A stretch of DNA of 63,009 nucleotides, the filler included, from Candidatus Omnitrophota bacterium (GTDB taxonomy: Bacteria > Omnitrophota > Gorgyraeia > JAGLLT01): NCBI GenBank assembly GCA_023140385.1. It is 5 parts of 5 records of this genome, joined end to end, with 100 filler letters (N's around TTAATTAATTAA, not from the genome) between each part and the next. Parts side by side here need not be neighbours in the genome. Positions count along the whole stretch, not along the records: positions 1 to 16,846 come from JAGLLT010000033.1; positions 16,947 to 31,158 come from JAGLLT010000034.1; 3 more parts are not named here. One strand, 5' to 3'. Positions within the stretch are counted from its first letter, which is position 1, and each line of letters starts with the position of its first letter. The notes below the pieces were generated by a model. That model had not been told where the DNA came from. It did no database searches and was given only the letters and a program-made list of their open reading frames with translations. Positions 10,479-20,106 of this stretch are shown here, piece by piece. The position numbers and the translations under genes are program-made.

Positions 10479-10507
10479 ACTTTATTGTATAGAAGGGCCT
10501 CTGTCAA
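10479..10507 (-). promoter_or_regulatory. Sigma70-type promoter for the giant protein/propeller/RHS operon
   Basis: Minus strand TTGACA-17 bp-TAAAGT, about 70 bp upstream of the GTG start. Confidence 0.6.
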
Positions 10508-10557
10508 GAGTAATCTTTTGCTTTCTGATGTGCAATAATTGTGAGAGGAAAATACCC

Positions 10558-10578
10558 GTCCCACCTACGAGGTGGGAC
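10558..10578 (-). terminator. GC-rich hairpin, likely terminator of the Fe-S/redox operon
   Basis: Perfect 9-bp stem GTCCCACCT-acg-AGGTGGGAC, 10 bp past the MBL hydrolase stop; U-tract is weak. Confidence 0.5.
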
Positions 10579-10587
10579 AATTGGTTT

Positions 10588-11298
10588 TTAACACGTTAAA
10601 CTCATTCCTGCTTTGGCGGGTATAAAGTTATGGGCGTAGGCCTCTTTAAACATGGAGATGGCTGCTTCACCGGTGCAGTGGGTTGGGGCCGCTTTTTTGA
10701 CTCCTAAATCTTTGAGTTCTTTGATGATGTCTTTTATCTCTCTACTGCTTTTTTGCGCCAGATGAAAACCGCCCATTATTAGATTTATTTCGCCGGGGAG
10801 GCTTTTCTTAATATTTTTTATCATCTTAACCACTCCGGGGTGGGCACAGCCGTAAATAACCGCAGCACCTTCTTCACCTTTTACAATAAGAGCCTGTTCC
10901 TGCAGCAGTCCGGACTTATAGGCGGTGCTAAAAGCACCGCTGACAAAAATGTTATCCGCTATTTCATGATACGTATCAATTTCTTCCAGGCGTGCTCCAT
11001 ATTTTTTAATAAGTTTTTTGAAGTTCTCGGAAAAACCGGGCAGGCCGTAAACCGTAATGTTGGGGTTTATTTTAAGAAGAGCTTCCAGTCCGCCAATATG
11101 ATCCCAGTGGTCATGGGAAATAACTACTTTTTTTATGGCTGAAAGGTCAACATCTAACTGTTTCGCGTTATATAGAAAAGTTTCGGCGCTGTCCGCGGTA
11201 TCAAAAAGAATATCATCACCTATAATAACTGAAAATCCCCAGCATTCTTTTAACTTTTTGTTACCCGTATAATTATCAGCTATTATTTTAAGCTTCAC
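10588..11298 (-). CDS. MBL-fold metallo-hydrolase (COG1237-like)
   Basis: HxHxDH motif ISHDHWDHIGG; GCAHPG, GGFH and PTHCTG motifs. Confidence 0.9.
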   Translation of the reverse strand: MKLKIIADNYTGNKKLKECWGFSVIIGDDILFDTADSAETFLYNAKQLDVDLSAIKKVVISHDHWDHIGGLEALLKINPNITVYGLPGFSENFKKLIKKYGARLEEIDTYHEIADNIFVSGAFSTAYKSGLLQEQALIVKGEEGAAVIYGCAHPGVVKMIKNIKKSLPGEINLIMGGFHLAQKSSREIKDIIKELKDLGVKKAAPTHCTGEAAISMFKEAYAHNFIPAKAGMSLTC

Positions 11299-12151
11299 TT
11301 TTTTTCCTATGGCTTTTATGACTAAGCATCATATCGCCTACATCGCAATTAAGCTGCTTGGCGACAGCCTGGCACTTAACCTTAAAAATGAAAAATATCG
11401 GCTTATCTTCCTCGCTCAGCTCTTCAAAGTTACCCTGCCCTTTACTGATAATCAAATCGGCTTTATGGTACAATTTAAGGAACTCTTCACTGCACGAATC
11501 TAAAATCGCGGCCGGGCCATCAGAGCCGCTGGAGATAACTTCAGCTACTTCATCTAATCCGCAGGCCAAAGCATCTTCAAGCGTGGCATCATTAATAATA
11601 GGCGCGCCTCTTACCGCGAAAGCCACGGGTTTTTTTATTTCTTCAATTAATATTTTATCAAAAACTATTTCTCCTGTATTATCACCTATATAAAGAATAT
11701 TTTTGGCGGTTTCCAGTTTTTTTCTTAAAAGTTCAAAATCAAAAATAGTAAATTCTGTGTTTAAGTCATTTCTTAACTCTTCATCAAGGTTAAATGTTGA
11801 CTTAGCGCCCAAGTCAATTATGTTGCCTATGGCGGCTAAGCGGACGGCTTCAAAAAAAGGGTCTTTGGCCTGCTGTACGCGTTTCTTCAGTTCCGGATAT
11901 AGTTTAAGCACAAGTTTATTGGCATGGGCCTTTTCATTTTTATAAGGATCTTTTATGCCGGTTAATGCCGCTATAAGTTTATATACCTCTCTTGCCACAT
12001 GCGGCGGGCTTTTTTCAAAGGGTATTTCAAATATTTTATGAGATACCTTCTCTAATATCCGCCTTTTTCGCGATTCATCAATCTCAAGCCTGTCCAGGGT
12101 TTCATTGGCCTGCCTTAAAAAACATGGAATGCAGTGCGTATTAGTTTTCAT
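11288..12151 (-). CDS. DUF89/ARMT1-like damage-control phosphatase
   Basis: N-terminal CIPC; GNIIDLG, DNTGEIVFD, INDAT and SKGQGNFE motifs. Confidence 0.9.
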   Translation of the reverse strand: MKTNTHCIPCFLRQANETLDRLEIDESRKRRILEKVSHKIFEIPFEKSPPHVAREVYKLIAALTGIKDPYKNEKAHANKLVLKLYPELKKRVQQAKDPFFEAVRLAAIGNIIDLGAKSTFNLDEELRNDLNTEFTIFDFELLRKKLETAKNILYIGDNTGEIVFDKILIEEIKKPVAFAVRGAPIINDATLEDALACGLDEVAEVISSGSDGPAAILDSCSEEFLKLYHKADLIISKGQGNFEELSEEDKPIFFIFKVKCQAVAKQLNCDVGDMMLSHKSHRKKSEA

Positions 12152-13971
12152 ACTTTTACCTTCTCAATTAAATCCTGCCAAATATCTTTAACGCGTTTTG
12201 ACGCGGGGCATTCCTGATCATATTCAATTACGGTTTTATTTAACATCTGAGCCTCTGTTGTACTTTTATCATAAGGCACCATACCTAAAAAGTCCACATT
12301 GGATTTTAAAGCTATGGTTTTTAATTCTTCAGCCTTGTTTAAATTTATATCACTTTTATTTACAATCAAACCTGCCTTGATATTAAAGAAGGCGCAAAGC
12401 TCAAAAACTCTGCCGGCATCATGAATTCCGGAAACCGTCGGCTCTGTAACCACAACCGCGTAATTCGCGCCGGTAATTGAGGCAATTACCGGACAGCCGG
12501 TTCCGGGCGCGCCGTCATTGAGAGAAGCAGAAGTGGAAGCTTTAGCAACTTTATCTCTGGCTACCTGCCTGATAAGGCTAACTAATTTGCCTGAATTTTC
12601 TTCAGCCGCGTAAAGTTTCGCGTGCACCATAGGGCCAAAACGGCTTTCGGAAATATATAGCTCACCGTTAACCACCTCTTCTAATTTTATAGCATCTTGA
12701 GGACAAACCAAAGAACATGTATTACAGCCTTCACATTTTAAAGGATCGATTATAAAACCGCTACCTTCTTTTTTAACAGCACCAAAACGACACTCTTTAT
12801 AACATCTGCCGCAAGCAGTACACTTCTCCTGATCAATCGCCGCCTTTTTGCCGCCTGAAAACAGATATCCTTCTTTTATCTCAGGAGATAAAAGAATGTG
12901 CAGGTCTGCCGCGTCAACGTCACAATCAGTTATAAGCGTGTTTTTGCTTAAGCCGGCAAAAGCGCCGGCTATAGTTGTTTTGCCTGTGCCGCCTTTGCCG
13001 CTAATGATTACAATTTCGTCATATTTGCTCCGGGGAGAGTCTGCCTGGGCCGGTATGGCGCTAAGTCTATTTGAAAAACTACTCTTTCGCGGGCTCTTTA
13101 AAACCTTTGGTATTTTTCTATTTGATGCCCTTTGGATAATCTCTTCACCTATCTTTGAAAATAGTCTGTCATAGGCCTTTAAATGCTTAACGGCCATTTT
13201 GCCCTCAGAATACAGTTCAGCCACCTGCCTATCATCCGGTATCTCACCAATAATATCAAGCTGAGCTTCTTCGCAATATTCAATTAAATCATTATTTTTA
13301 TAATCAGCTCTATTGACCAACACTACAGGCTCGTGGCCTACCATGCGGCACATATCTACTGAGAGTTCAAGGTCATTAACTCCAAACGGAGTCGGATCAG
13401 TAACTAAAACCACTAAATCCATACCGGAAATAGCTTCAACCACGGGGCAGGATGTACCGGGAGCCGTATCAATTAAATTAATGGCCTGAGGATCTATGTG
13501 TTTTTTAACTTCACTGATTAACCGGGGAGTCATAGCCCCTTCGCCCGTCTGAAGCGCGCCATAAATAAGATTTATTTGATCTATAGCTCCTGAATTTAAA
13601 ACACCTATTTTTCTTTCTTCATAAATAATGGCATCTTTGGGGCAGGCTATCCGGCAAGCGCCGCAGGCATGGCATAATTGTTTAAAAATAAGGATAGAAT
13701 CTTTAATTGAAGCAATGGCATTAAAGGCGCAGGCAGAAACACATTTTTTACAGTTATCGCATTTTTCTTTATCAACACCAGCCGGCGCCATAATGTGAAT
13801 ATTTTTAGCCTCAATTACTGCCGGCTTTAAAAAAAGATGTCCGTTGGGTTCTTCAACATCGCAATCTAAATAAGTAACTTTGTTGTCCTGTTTCTTTAAG
13901 ACAATGGCCAAATTGGTAGCCACAAAGGTCTTGCCTGTGCCGCCTTTGCCGCTTGAAATCGCTATATTCAT
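12148..13971 (-). CDS. Fused tandem MinD-superfamily P-loop ATPase, each half with an inserted 2x[4Fe-4S] ferredoxin domain (COG1149-like x2)
   Basis: Two SGKGGTGKT Walker A motifs, two DCDV motifs, two PGT(S/G)CPV motifs and four CxxCxxCxxxC motifs in one ORF. ATG at 13971 preferred over GTG at 13977 on RBS spacing. Confidence 0.9.
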   Translation of the reverse strand: MNIAISSGKGGTGKTFVATNLAIVLKKQDNKVTYLDCDVEEPNGHLFLKPAVIEAKNIHIMAPAGVDKEKCDNCKKCVSACAFNAIASIKDSILIFKQLCHACGACRIACPKDAIIYEERKIGVLNSGAIDQINLIYGALQTGEGAMTPRLISEVKKHIDPQAINLIDTAPGTSCPVVEAISGMDLVVLVTDPTPFGVNDLELSVDMCRMVGHEPVVLVNRADYKNNDLIEYCEEAQLDIIGEIPDDRQVAELYSEGKMAVKHLKAYDRLFSKIGEEIIQRASNRKIPKVLKSPRKSSFSNRLSAIPAQADSPRSKYDEIVIISGKGGTGKTTIAGAFAGLSKNTLITDCDVDAADLHILLSPEIKEGYLFSGGKKAAIDQEKCTACGRCYKECRFGAVKKEGSGFIIDPLKCEGCNTCSLVCPQDAIKLEEVVNGELYISESRFGPMVHAKLYAAEENSGKLVSLIRQVARDKVAKASTSASLNDGAPGTGCPVIASITGANYAVVVTEPTVSGIHDAGRVFELCAFFNIKAGLIVNKSDINLNKAEELKTIALKSNVDFLGMVPYDKSTTEAQMLNKTVIEYDQECPASKRVKDIWQDLIEKVKV

Positions 13972-14013
13972 AGACACCCACCTATCTGTTCGGAATTTAA
14001 TTACAATGTTTTT

Positions 14014-15357
14014 TTACATCTTATTAGAAGCATTCTGGGCCGCGATGATTAAAGGATATTTTGTGGGAGCCGCGGTCAGGCAGGGATGAGTAGCCATCTG
14101 CAAAGTCTCAAATTCATTCAAGGAAACTCTTTGCTGTATGGCAACTCCGATAACGTTTATCAGTTCACCACAGCTCATACCTCCGGCAACCTGTCCTCCC
14201 AAAATAATTCCCGACTGCTTTGAAAAGATAAGCTTAACTTTTACCTTGCTTGCCTCGGGCATAGTCCCGGGATGTTTATCAACGCCTTCTACCAGGCCGA
14301 CTACAACTTCAAACCCTTCTTTCTTAGCGGTATCTTCAGTCATCCCCGCCGACCCTAAAGCCAAACCGTCAATATAGGTGGAATAAATGGCAATAGTTCC
14401 TTTATTTTCCCTGATTAATTTTAATTTGTATAAGCTGGCGCCCGCGATTCTGGCTTCTGCCGTAGCCGTTGAGGCAAGTAAAATCGCCGTCCCCTTACGG
14501 GTAAAAAAATCTCTTTTGCCGGCGCAGTCGCCAACGGCAAAAATATCCGGCTCTGACGTTCTCATATACTCATCAACCCATACTCCCTTACCCTTATTTA
14601 CAATTATCCCCGCTTCCCGGGCTATTTTAGTATTAGGTGATGCTCCAATACCAAAAATAACGCAATCTACGTCTATTTTTTCATTACCGGATAATTTAAC
14701 TCCCTCAACCTTTTTTTCACCCAGAATCTCCTCTAAGACTACACCTGTTAACAGCTTCACGCCTTTTTTTTCCAGCCTTTCTTTGACCGGAGCAGAAAAT
14801 TCAGCGTCAAAAGATTGGCTCAAAATGGAAGGCAGCATCTCCACCAAAGATACGTTAAGCTCTTTACGGCAGGACAGTTCATCGGCAAACTCTACTCCGA
14901 TAAATCCTCCCCCCACAATAAGCACGTTTTTAAACTCTTTTATTTTGTCAGCGAGTTTCTCTAAATATTCCATATCTTTATAGATGGCAAAAACGTTTTC
15001 TTTGTCCGCTCCGGCAATAGGAGGAATAACGGGATCTGAGCCCATCGCCATTATTAACTTCTCATAGCAGTACTCTTCTCCCTTTTTGGTCGTAACACAC
15101 TTTTTATCAGGGGATATTTCTGTTACTTCATCAACTATCACTTCAACGTTATTCTTTTCAAGGGGCGCGTTACCCAGGGCATTTTCTTTAAGATTTTTCA
15201 AACTGTAAAACATATACGGTATGGCGCAGGGAATAACTCCTTTATCTACCGACTTAATCAGTTTGACTTCCTTTTCCGGATAGTACCTGCGGGCTGTAAC
15301 AGCGCTTATAATGCCGGCCGGCCCTCCTCCAACAACCAAAACATCCGTCTTTTTCAT
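14014..15357 (-). CDS. FAD-dependent pyridine nucleotide-disulfide oxidoreductase (CoA-disulfide reductase/NADH oxidase family)
   Basis: GGGPAG FAD motif, single redox Cys in PCAIPY, GGGFIGVE NAD motif, TSEPDIFAVGD. Confidence 0.9.
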   Translation of the reverse strand: MKKTDVLVVGGGPAGIISAVTARRYYPEKEVKLIKSVDKGVIPCAIPYMFYSLKNLKENALGNAPLEKNNVEVIVDEVTEISPDKKCVTTKKGEEYCYEKLIMAMGSDPVIPPIAGADKENVFAIYKDMEYLEKLADKIKEFKNVLIVGGGFIGVEFADELSCRKELNVSLVEMLPSILSQSFDAEFSAPVKERLEKKGVKLLTGVVLEEILGEKKVEGVKLSGNEKIDVDCVIFGIGASPNTKIAREAGIIVNKGKGVWVDEYMRTSEPDIFAVGDCAGKRDFFTRKGTAILLASTATAEARIAGASLYKLKLIRENKGTIAIYSTYIDGLALGSAGMTEDTAKKEGFEVVVGLVEGVDKHPGTMPEASKVKVKLIFSKQSGIILGGQVAGGMSCGELINVIGVAIQQRVSLNEFETLQMATHPCLTAAPTKYPLIIAAQNASNKM

Positions 15358-15366
15358 TTTTCCCCC

Positions 15367-15990
15367 TTATTTTTCTATTAAAATTCCAACAAATGGTGAA
15401 AACAAAGCGCCTGAACCTAATTTAGTTTTAATCCCTCCTGTCTTTATTTTCAAATTTTTATCTACATTTTTTATCATTTGCTTCATCTGAAATACACTGT
15501 AAAAAGTGCCTTGATTATAAATTGAATCTTTAAACAACCCTTTTATTCCACGCTTTAAAGAAAGCAATGACAATTTATTTAAAAAACTTACAAATACCTT
15601 CTCTTTTGCCACGCGCAGAGATTCCTTCAGGGCATCTTGAGGGTTATTTATGAATTCTAAAGAAGTGATAAAAACAACTATATCAAAAGAGCTATCTTCA
15701 AAAGAAAGACTCTCGGCATCCTGAACCTCAAGTTTTGTGTTTTTATTCAAAAATCCGGAACCAAACTCAATCATCTTTCTTGATGAATCAATTCCTGTCA
15801 AATTCAGTTCAAAATTTTCAAACCATTTTAAAAAATGGCCTGTTCCGCAGCCTATCTCAAGAAGGCTCTGGCACGGCTTGAATTCAATCATTTTCGCGAT
15901 AAGTTCTTTTTCTCTCTTATCAAAGTACAAACCTTCTTTACTACTATACCAGTTTTCATAGTCTTGGGGTTTAATCTTATCAAAAGTCAA
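15367..15990 (-). CDS. Class I SAM-dependent methyltransferase
   Basis: LLEIGCGTG motif I; FEDSSFDIV. Confidence 0.88.
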   Translation of the reverse strand: MTFDKIKPQDYENWYSSKEGLYFDKREKELIAKMIEFKPCQSLLEIGCGTGHFLKWFENFELNLTGIDSSRKMIEFGSGFLNKNTKLEVQDAESLSFEDSSFDIVVFITSLEFINNPQDALKESLRVAKEKVFVSFLNKLSLLSLKRGIKGLFKDSIYNQGTFYSVFQMKQMIKNVDKNLKIKTGGIKTKLGSGALFSPFVGILIEK

Positions 15991-16082
15991 CTTTTCCCCA
16001 TTCGAAAGATATAGTCTTATTATCCATAAATTTCTTTTTTTGTAAACCCCTTTAGAAAAATTTATTATCTAGCGGGGCGATG

Positions 16083-16685
16083 CTAAGTTTGAATCAGCAA
16101 AATCTCGTGAAATTTATCCTTTATCTTTTTATAACGAATACCCTTCTTTTCCAGATAAGCTTCAATCTTAGAAAGGCCGGTAATGGTTGCCGTATGAACC
16201 CTGCCCTCATCAGAGTGAATTTTGGCTATTAAATCAAGCCCCTCCTTTGAAAAATCAGTCAACAAAATCCTGCCCTTTGATTTTAAAATTCTAAAGAGCT
16301 CGCTAACTGCCTTTAAGGGTTTCTTGAGGTGATGCATAAGACAAACACACACAATTATATCAAAGCTTTCATCTTTAAAACTTGAAGCCTCAATATCATC
16401 AATCATAAAATCAACTTTATTTTCCAAACCATAGTAGGCAGTATTCAACCTGGCAAATTTCTGTTCTTCTCTGGATATATCCGCGCTGACCAAAGAATAA
16501 CCGGCTTGAGCCAAAGCAAGGCTCATATGCCCTTTACCTGTACCGACATCCAATATCCTGCCATATAAAGGTGAAACTTGTTTTAAAAAAAATTCGCGGC
16601 TTTTTAAAGTATTGTAACCGTAGCCTTTATATAATTCAAGCCGCTCCGTGTAAAGTTTGTGGTTTTCCGCCACTTTTTTATCCAT
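16083..16685 (-). CDS. Class I SAM-dependent methyltransferase
   Basis: ILDVGTGKG motif I; FKDESFDII; LMHHL. Confidence 0.88.
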   Translation of the reverse strand: MDKKVAENHKLYTERLELYKGYGYNTLKSREFFLKQVSPLYGRILDVGTGKGHMSLALAQAGYSLVSADISREEQKFARLNTAYYGLENKVDFMIDDIEASSFKDESFDIIVCVCLMHHLKKPLKAVSELFRILKSKGRILLTDFSKEGLDLIAKIHSDEGRVHTATITGLSKIEAYLEKKGIRYKKIKDKFHEILLIQT

Positions 16686-16732
16686 CTATACCCGTCTTTA
16701 CCTCATCGAAAGTTTACCTCTGAGATTGGAAA

Positions 16733-16846
16733 TTATCCTCTTACCATGCGTGCCCCGCATTTAGGGCAAGTTAGTTCATAGCATGGCTTGCCCGCTTGAT
16801 GGACAAGCTTACCACCACATTTAGGATTTGGGCAAATACAATCTCC
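16733..16846 (-). CDS. 3' fragment of a small Cys-rich metal-binding protein (5' end lost at contig break)
   Basis: Minus frame GDCICPNPKCGGKLVHQAGKPCYELTCPKCGARMVRG*. This CxCP..CG..H..G.PC..CPKCG..M pattern is typical of small proteins in Fe-S/NifX-type operons of anaerobes. Confidence 0.7.
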   Translation of the reverse strand, partial: GDCICPNPKCGGKLVHQAGKPCYELTCPKCGARMVRG

Positions 16847-16946
16847 NNNNNNNNNNNNNNNNNNNNNNNNNNNNNNNNNNNNNNNNNNNNTTAATTAATT
16901 AANNNNNNNNNNNNNNNNNNNNNNNNNNNNNNNNNNNNNNNNNNNN
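16847..16946. other. Artificial contig linker
   Basis: 100 bp of N with central TTAATTAATTAA (stops in all six frames). Confidence 0.99.
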
Positions 16947-17024
16947 TAGGCAGGAATTAATTCCGTCGAGAATTACAAAATTGCCGTAAGGAATCTTGTG
17001 ATACCTTTCAAGACAGAACTTTCT

Positions 17025-17053
17025 AATATATACTAACCCTGAAGTTTAAGCAA
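17025..17053 (-). promoter_or_regulatory. Sigma70-type promoter just downstream of fusA, reading toward the contig end
   Basis: Minus strand TTGCTT-17 bp-TATATT. Confidence 0.5.
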
Positions 17054-17074
17054 GAAGTTTTTTAATTTTTCTTT

Positions 17075-19141
17075 CTAATCCCTTAACAATCTTTCCTGTA
17101 CATGCTTCGGTACCTCTTGATAATAATGAGGTTCCATTGTATAGGTTGCGCGCCCGCTTGTCAATGATCTAATATCCGTAGCGTAGCCGAACATCTGAGC
17201 AAGAGGGGCGTTTGCCTTAATTATTCTTACGTTTTTCTTCTGGTCGATACTTTCAATTCGGGCTCTCTTCGAATTCAAATCACCCACAATTTCCCCCAAA
17301 TACTCTTCGGGTGTTATTACTTCCAGTTTCATTATGGGCTCCAATATAACACACTTGTTCTTTCTTAAACCTTCAATAAAGGCTCTGCAGGCCGCTGAGT
17401 CAAAAGCAATCTCTGAAGAGTCCACTTCGTGATAGGAGCCGTCTACCAAAGTAACCTTAATGTCAGTCACCGGATAGCCGCCTAAAATCCCGCTCTGGGC
17501 CGCCGAATACACACCTTCTTTCACAGCCGGAATAAACTCTTTAGAAATCGCGCCGCCTCTTATTTTATTCTCGAAGATTATGCCGGAGTTTTGTTCACCC
17601 GGCTCCATTTTTATGACTACGTGCCCATACTGGCCCCTGCCGCCTGTCTGCTGAATAAATTTACCCGTAGCCGTCAGCGACTCTTTAATTGTCTCCTTAT
17701 ATGCTACGTGAGGCTTACCAACACGAGCCTGAACCTTAAATTCCCTTAGAAGCCTGTCTACTAATATTTCCAGGTGAAGCTCTCCCATACCCGAAATTAT
17801 CGTCTGATTAGTATCTTCATTATATTTTACTTTAAAAGACGGATCTTCCTCTTCCAGTTTTTTTAGAGCTAAACCCAGCTTATCCTGATCCGCCTTAGTT
17901 GACGGCTCAATAGCCATAGAGATTACCGGCTCTGGAAATTCAATGCTTTCCAAAATCAGCGGACTCTTTTCATCACAGATGGTATCCCCTGTCTCTGTCT
18001 GCTTAAGGCCAACAGCAGCCACGATGTCACCCGCGAAAACTTCTTGTCTTACCTCCTGTTTATTGGCATGCATCTGAACCAACTTTCCTATTCTTTCCTT
18101 AATCTTCTTATTAGCATTGTACACATAGGTGCCGGATGTCAAAACTCCCGAGTAAACCCTGAAGAAGGTAAGTTTACCAACGTAAGGATCGCTCATTATC
18201 TTAAAGGCTAAACTGCAAAATTTTTCATCGTCACAAACTACTCTTTTTTCTTCTTCCTGAGTAATAGGATTTAACCCCATAATCGGCGGAACATCCTTGG
18301 GAGAAGGTAAATAAGCGCATATCGCGTCCATTAAAAATTGCATTCCTTTATTTTTAAGCGCCGAGCCACAGAGAACAGGAACTAACTTATTCGCGATTGT
18401 CGCTTTCCTGACCGCATTAATCAACTCATCCGCCGTTGGTTGTTCAGAGTTTAAAAATTTTTCCATCAGATGATCATCAAATTCCGCTAACTTTTCAATC
18501 AGCTCCTCTCTGTAAAAAGAGGCCTCCTCTTTTAGATCATCCGGTATATCAATTTCAGAATATTTCAATCCCAAATCGTCAGCATATACTCTCGCCTTCA
18601 TACTTATTAAATCTATAATTCCCTTAAACGTATCTTCGGCTCCCAGAGGAAGCTGAAGGGCATATGCCGGAGCCTGTAACTTTTCATGCATCTGTTTTAT
18701 GGTGCCGTAGAAGTCACAGCCCATTCTGTCCATCTTATTAATAAAAGCAATCCTGGGCACCTCATACCTGTCAGCCTGGCGCCATACAGTCTCTGACTGC
18801 GGTTCCACCTGGCCTACAGCGCAAAAAATTACTACCGCTCCATCCAATACTCTCAAAGATCGTTCTACTTCTACCGTAAAGTCAACGTGCCCCGGTGTAT
18901 CAATAATATTTATCTTCCGGCCCTTCCAAAAGTAGGCCGTTGAGGCGCTGGTAATCGTTATTCCGCGTTCCTGCTCCTGCTGCATCCAATCCATTGTAGC
19001 AGTGCCTTCATCAACTTCACCTAATCTATGAACACGTCCGCTGTAATATAATATACGCTCTGTCGTTGTTGTTTTGCCGGCATCTATATGAGCCATTATG
19101 CCGATATTTCTGGTACTTTCTAAGGGAATTTTTCTTTGCAT
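17075..19141 (-). CDS. fusA: Elongation factor G
   Basis: [26 protein letters not shown]; follows rpsG. Confidence 0.98.
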   Translation of the reverse strand: MQRKIPLESTRNIGIMAHIDAGKTTTTERILYYSGRVHRLGEVDEGTATMDWMQQEQERGITITSASTAYFWKGRKINIIDTPGHVDFTVEVERSLRVLDGAVVIFCAVGQVEPQSETVWRQADRYEVPRIAFINKMDRMGCDFYGTIKQMHEKLQAPAYALQLPLGAEDTFKGIIDLISMKARVYADDLGLKYSEIDIPDDLKEEASFYREELIEKLAEFDDHLMEKFLNSEQPTADELINAVRKATIANKLVPVLCGSALKNKGMQFLMDAICAYLPSPKDVPPIMGLNPITQEEEKRVVCDDEKFCSLAFKIMSDPYVGKLTFFRVYSGVLTSGTYVYNANKKIKERIGKLVQMHANKQEVRQEVFAGDIVAAVGLKQTETGDTICDEKSPLILESIEFPEPVISMAIEPSTKADQDKLGLALKKLEEEDPSFKVKYNEDTNQTIISGMGELHLEILVDRLLREFKVQARVGKPHVAYKETIKESLTATGKFIQQTGGRGQYGHVVIKMEPGEQNSGIIFENKIRGGAISKEFIPAVKEGVYSAAQSGILGGYPVTDIKVTLVDGSYHEVDSSEIAFDSAACRAFIEGLRKNKCVILEPIMKLEVITPEEYLGEIVGDLNSKRARIESIDQKKNVRIIKANAPLAQMFGYATDIRSLTSGRATYTMEPHYYQEVPKHVQERLLRD

Positions 19142-19188
19142 ATTTTGTCATATACAACTTTTCAAATATAACCGGCTAACTTATAATA

Positions 19189-19656
19189 TTACCATCTATA
19201 ATGACTAAAGGCTTTGTTGGCCTCTGCCATCTTATGAGTATCTTCCTTCTTTTTAACCGCGGCACCCTGATTGTTATAAGCGGCAATTAACTCTTGCGCC
19301 AAGCGGTCCTTCAATGAACCTCCCTTTTTGCCCCGCGAATAATCTCTCAGCCAGCGAAAAGCAAGAGCGATGCTTCTATCCCGGCTGACTTCTATAGGCA
19401 CCTGGTAGGTAGCCCCTCCGATACGGCGGGACTTTACCTCTAAGGCGGGCCTTACATTTTCTGTCGCCTTGTTAAAAACTTCTAACGGTTCTTTATCTAA
19501 TTTTTCAGCGGCCGCCTCCAGAGCGCCGTAAACTATACCTCTGGCCTTAGACTTCTTTCCGTCCAGCATTATCATATTGATAAACTTGGAAAGAATAACA
19601 TTATCGTATTTAGGCTCCGGTTGAACTTTTCTTTTTTCTGCCTTATGTCTTCTCAT
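19189..19656 (-). CDS. rpsG: 30S ribosomal protein S7
   Basis: EVKSRRIGGATYQVP; HKMAEANKAFSHYRW. Confidence 0.98.
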   Translation of the reverse strand: MRRHKAEKRKVQPEPKYDNVILSKFINMIMLDGKKSKARGIVYGALEAAAEKLDKEPLEVFNKATENVRPALEVKSRRIGGATYQVPIEVSRDRSIALAFRWLRDYSRGKKGGSLKDRLAQELIAAYNNQGAAVKKKEDTHKMAEANKAFSHYRW

Positions 19657-19704
19657 ACTGTTAACTTTCTCCCGCTTTGTACTTTAAGCATATACGCAAT
19701 AATA

Positions 19705-20076
19705 CTATTTGGGCCTTTTGGCTCCGTACTTTGACCTAGATTTTTTCCTATTCTGAACCCCGGACGTATCCAGTCTTCCCCTTACAATATGATACCTGAC
19801 ACCCGGCAAGTCAGCCACTCTGCCGCCTCTTATAGCTACAATTGAATGCTCTTGTAAGTTGTGTCCAATGCCGGGAATATAGGCTGTTACTTCAATACCG
19901 TTTGTTAGTCTTACACGAGCGACTTTACGCAGTGCCGAATTTGGTTTTTTTGGCGTCTGGGTCTTAACCTGCAAACAAACGCCTCTTTTTTGGGGACAAT
20001 TGCCAAGTGCCGGCGACTTCGTTTTTTTCTTAATTTTTTTTCGCCCTTTTCTTATCAATTGATTTATGGTTAGCAT
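19705..20076 (-). CDS. rpsL: 30S ribosomal protein S12
   Basis: [33 protein letters not shown]. Confidence 0.98.
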   Translation of the reverse strand: MLTINQLIRKGRKKIKKKTKSPALGNCPQKRGVCLQVKTQTPKKPNSALRKVARVRLTNGIEVTAYIPGIGHNLQEHSIVAIRGGRVADLPGVRYHIVRGRLDTSGVQNRKKSRSKYGAKRPK

Positions 20077-20106
20077 ATTAAATTTTTTCCCTTTAGTTAT
20101 TTTATC

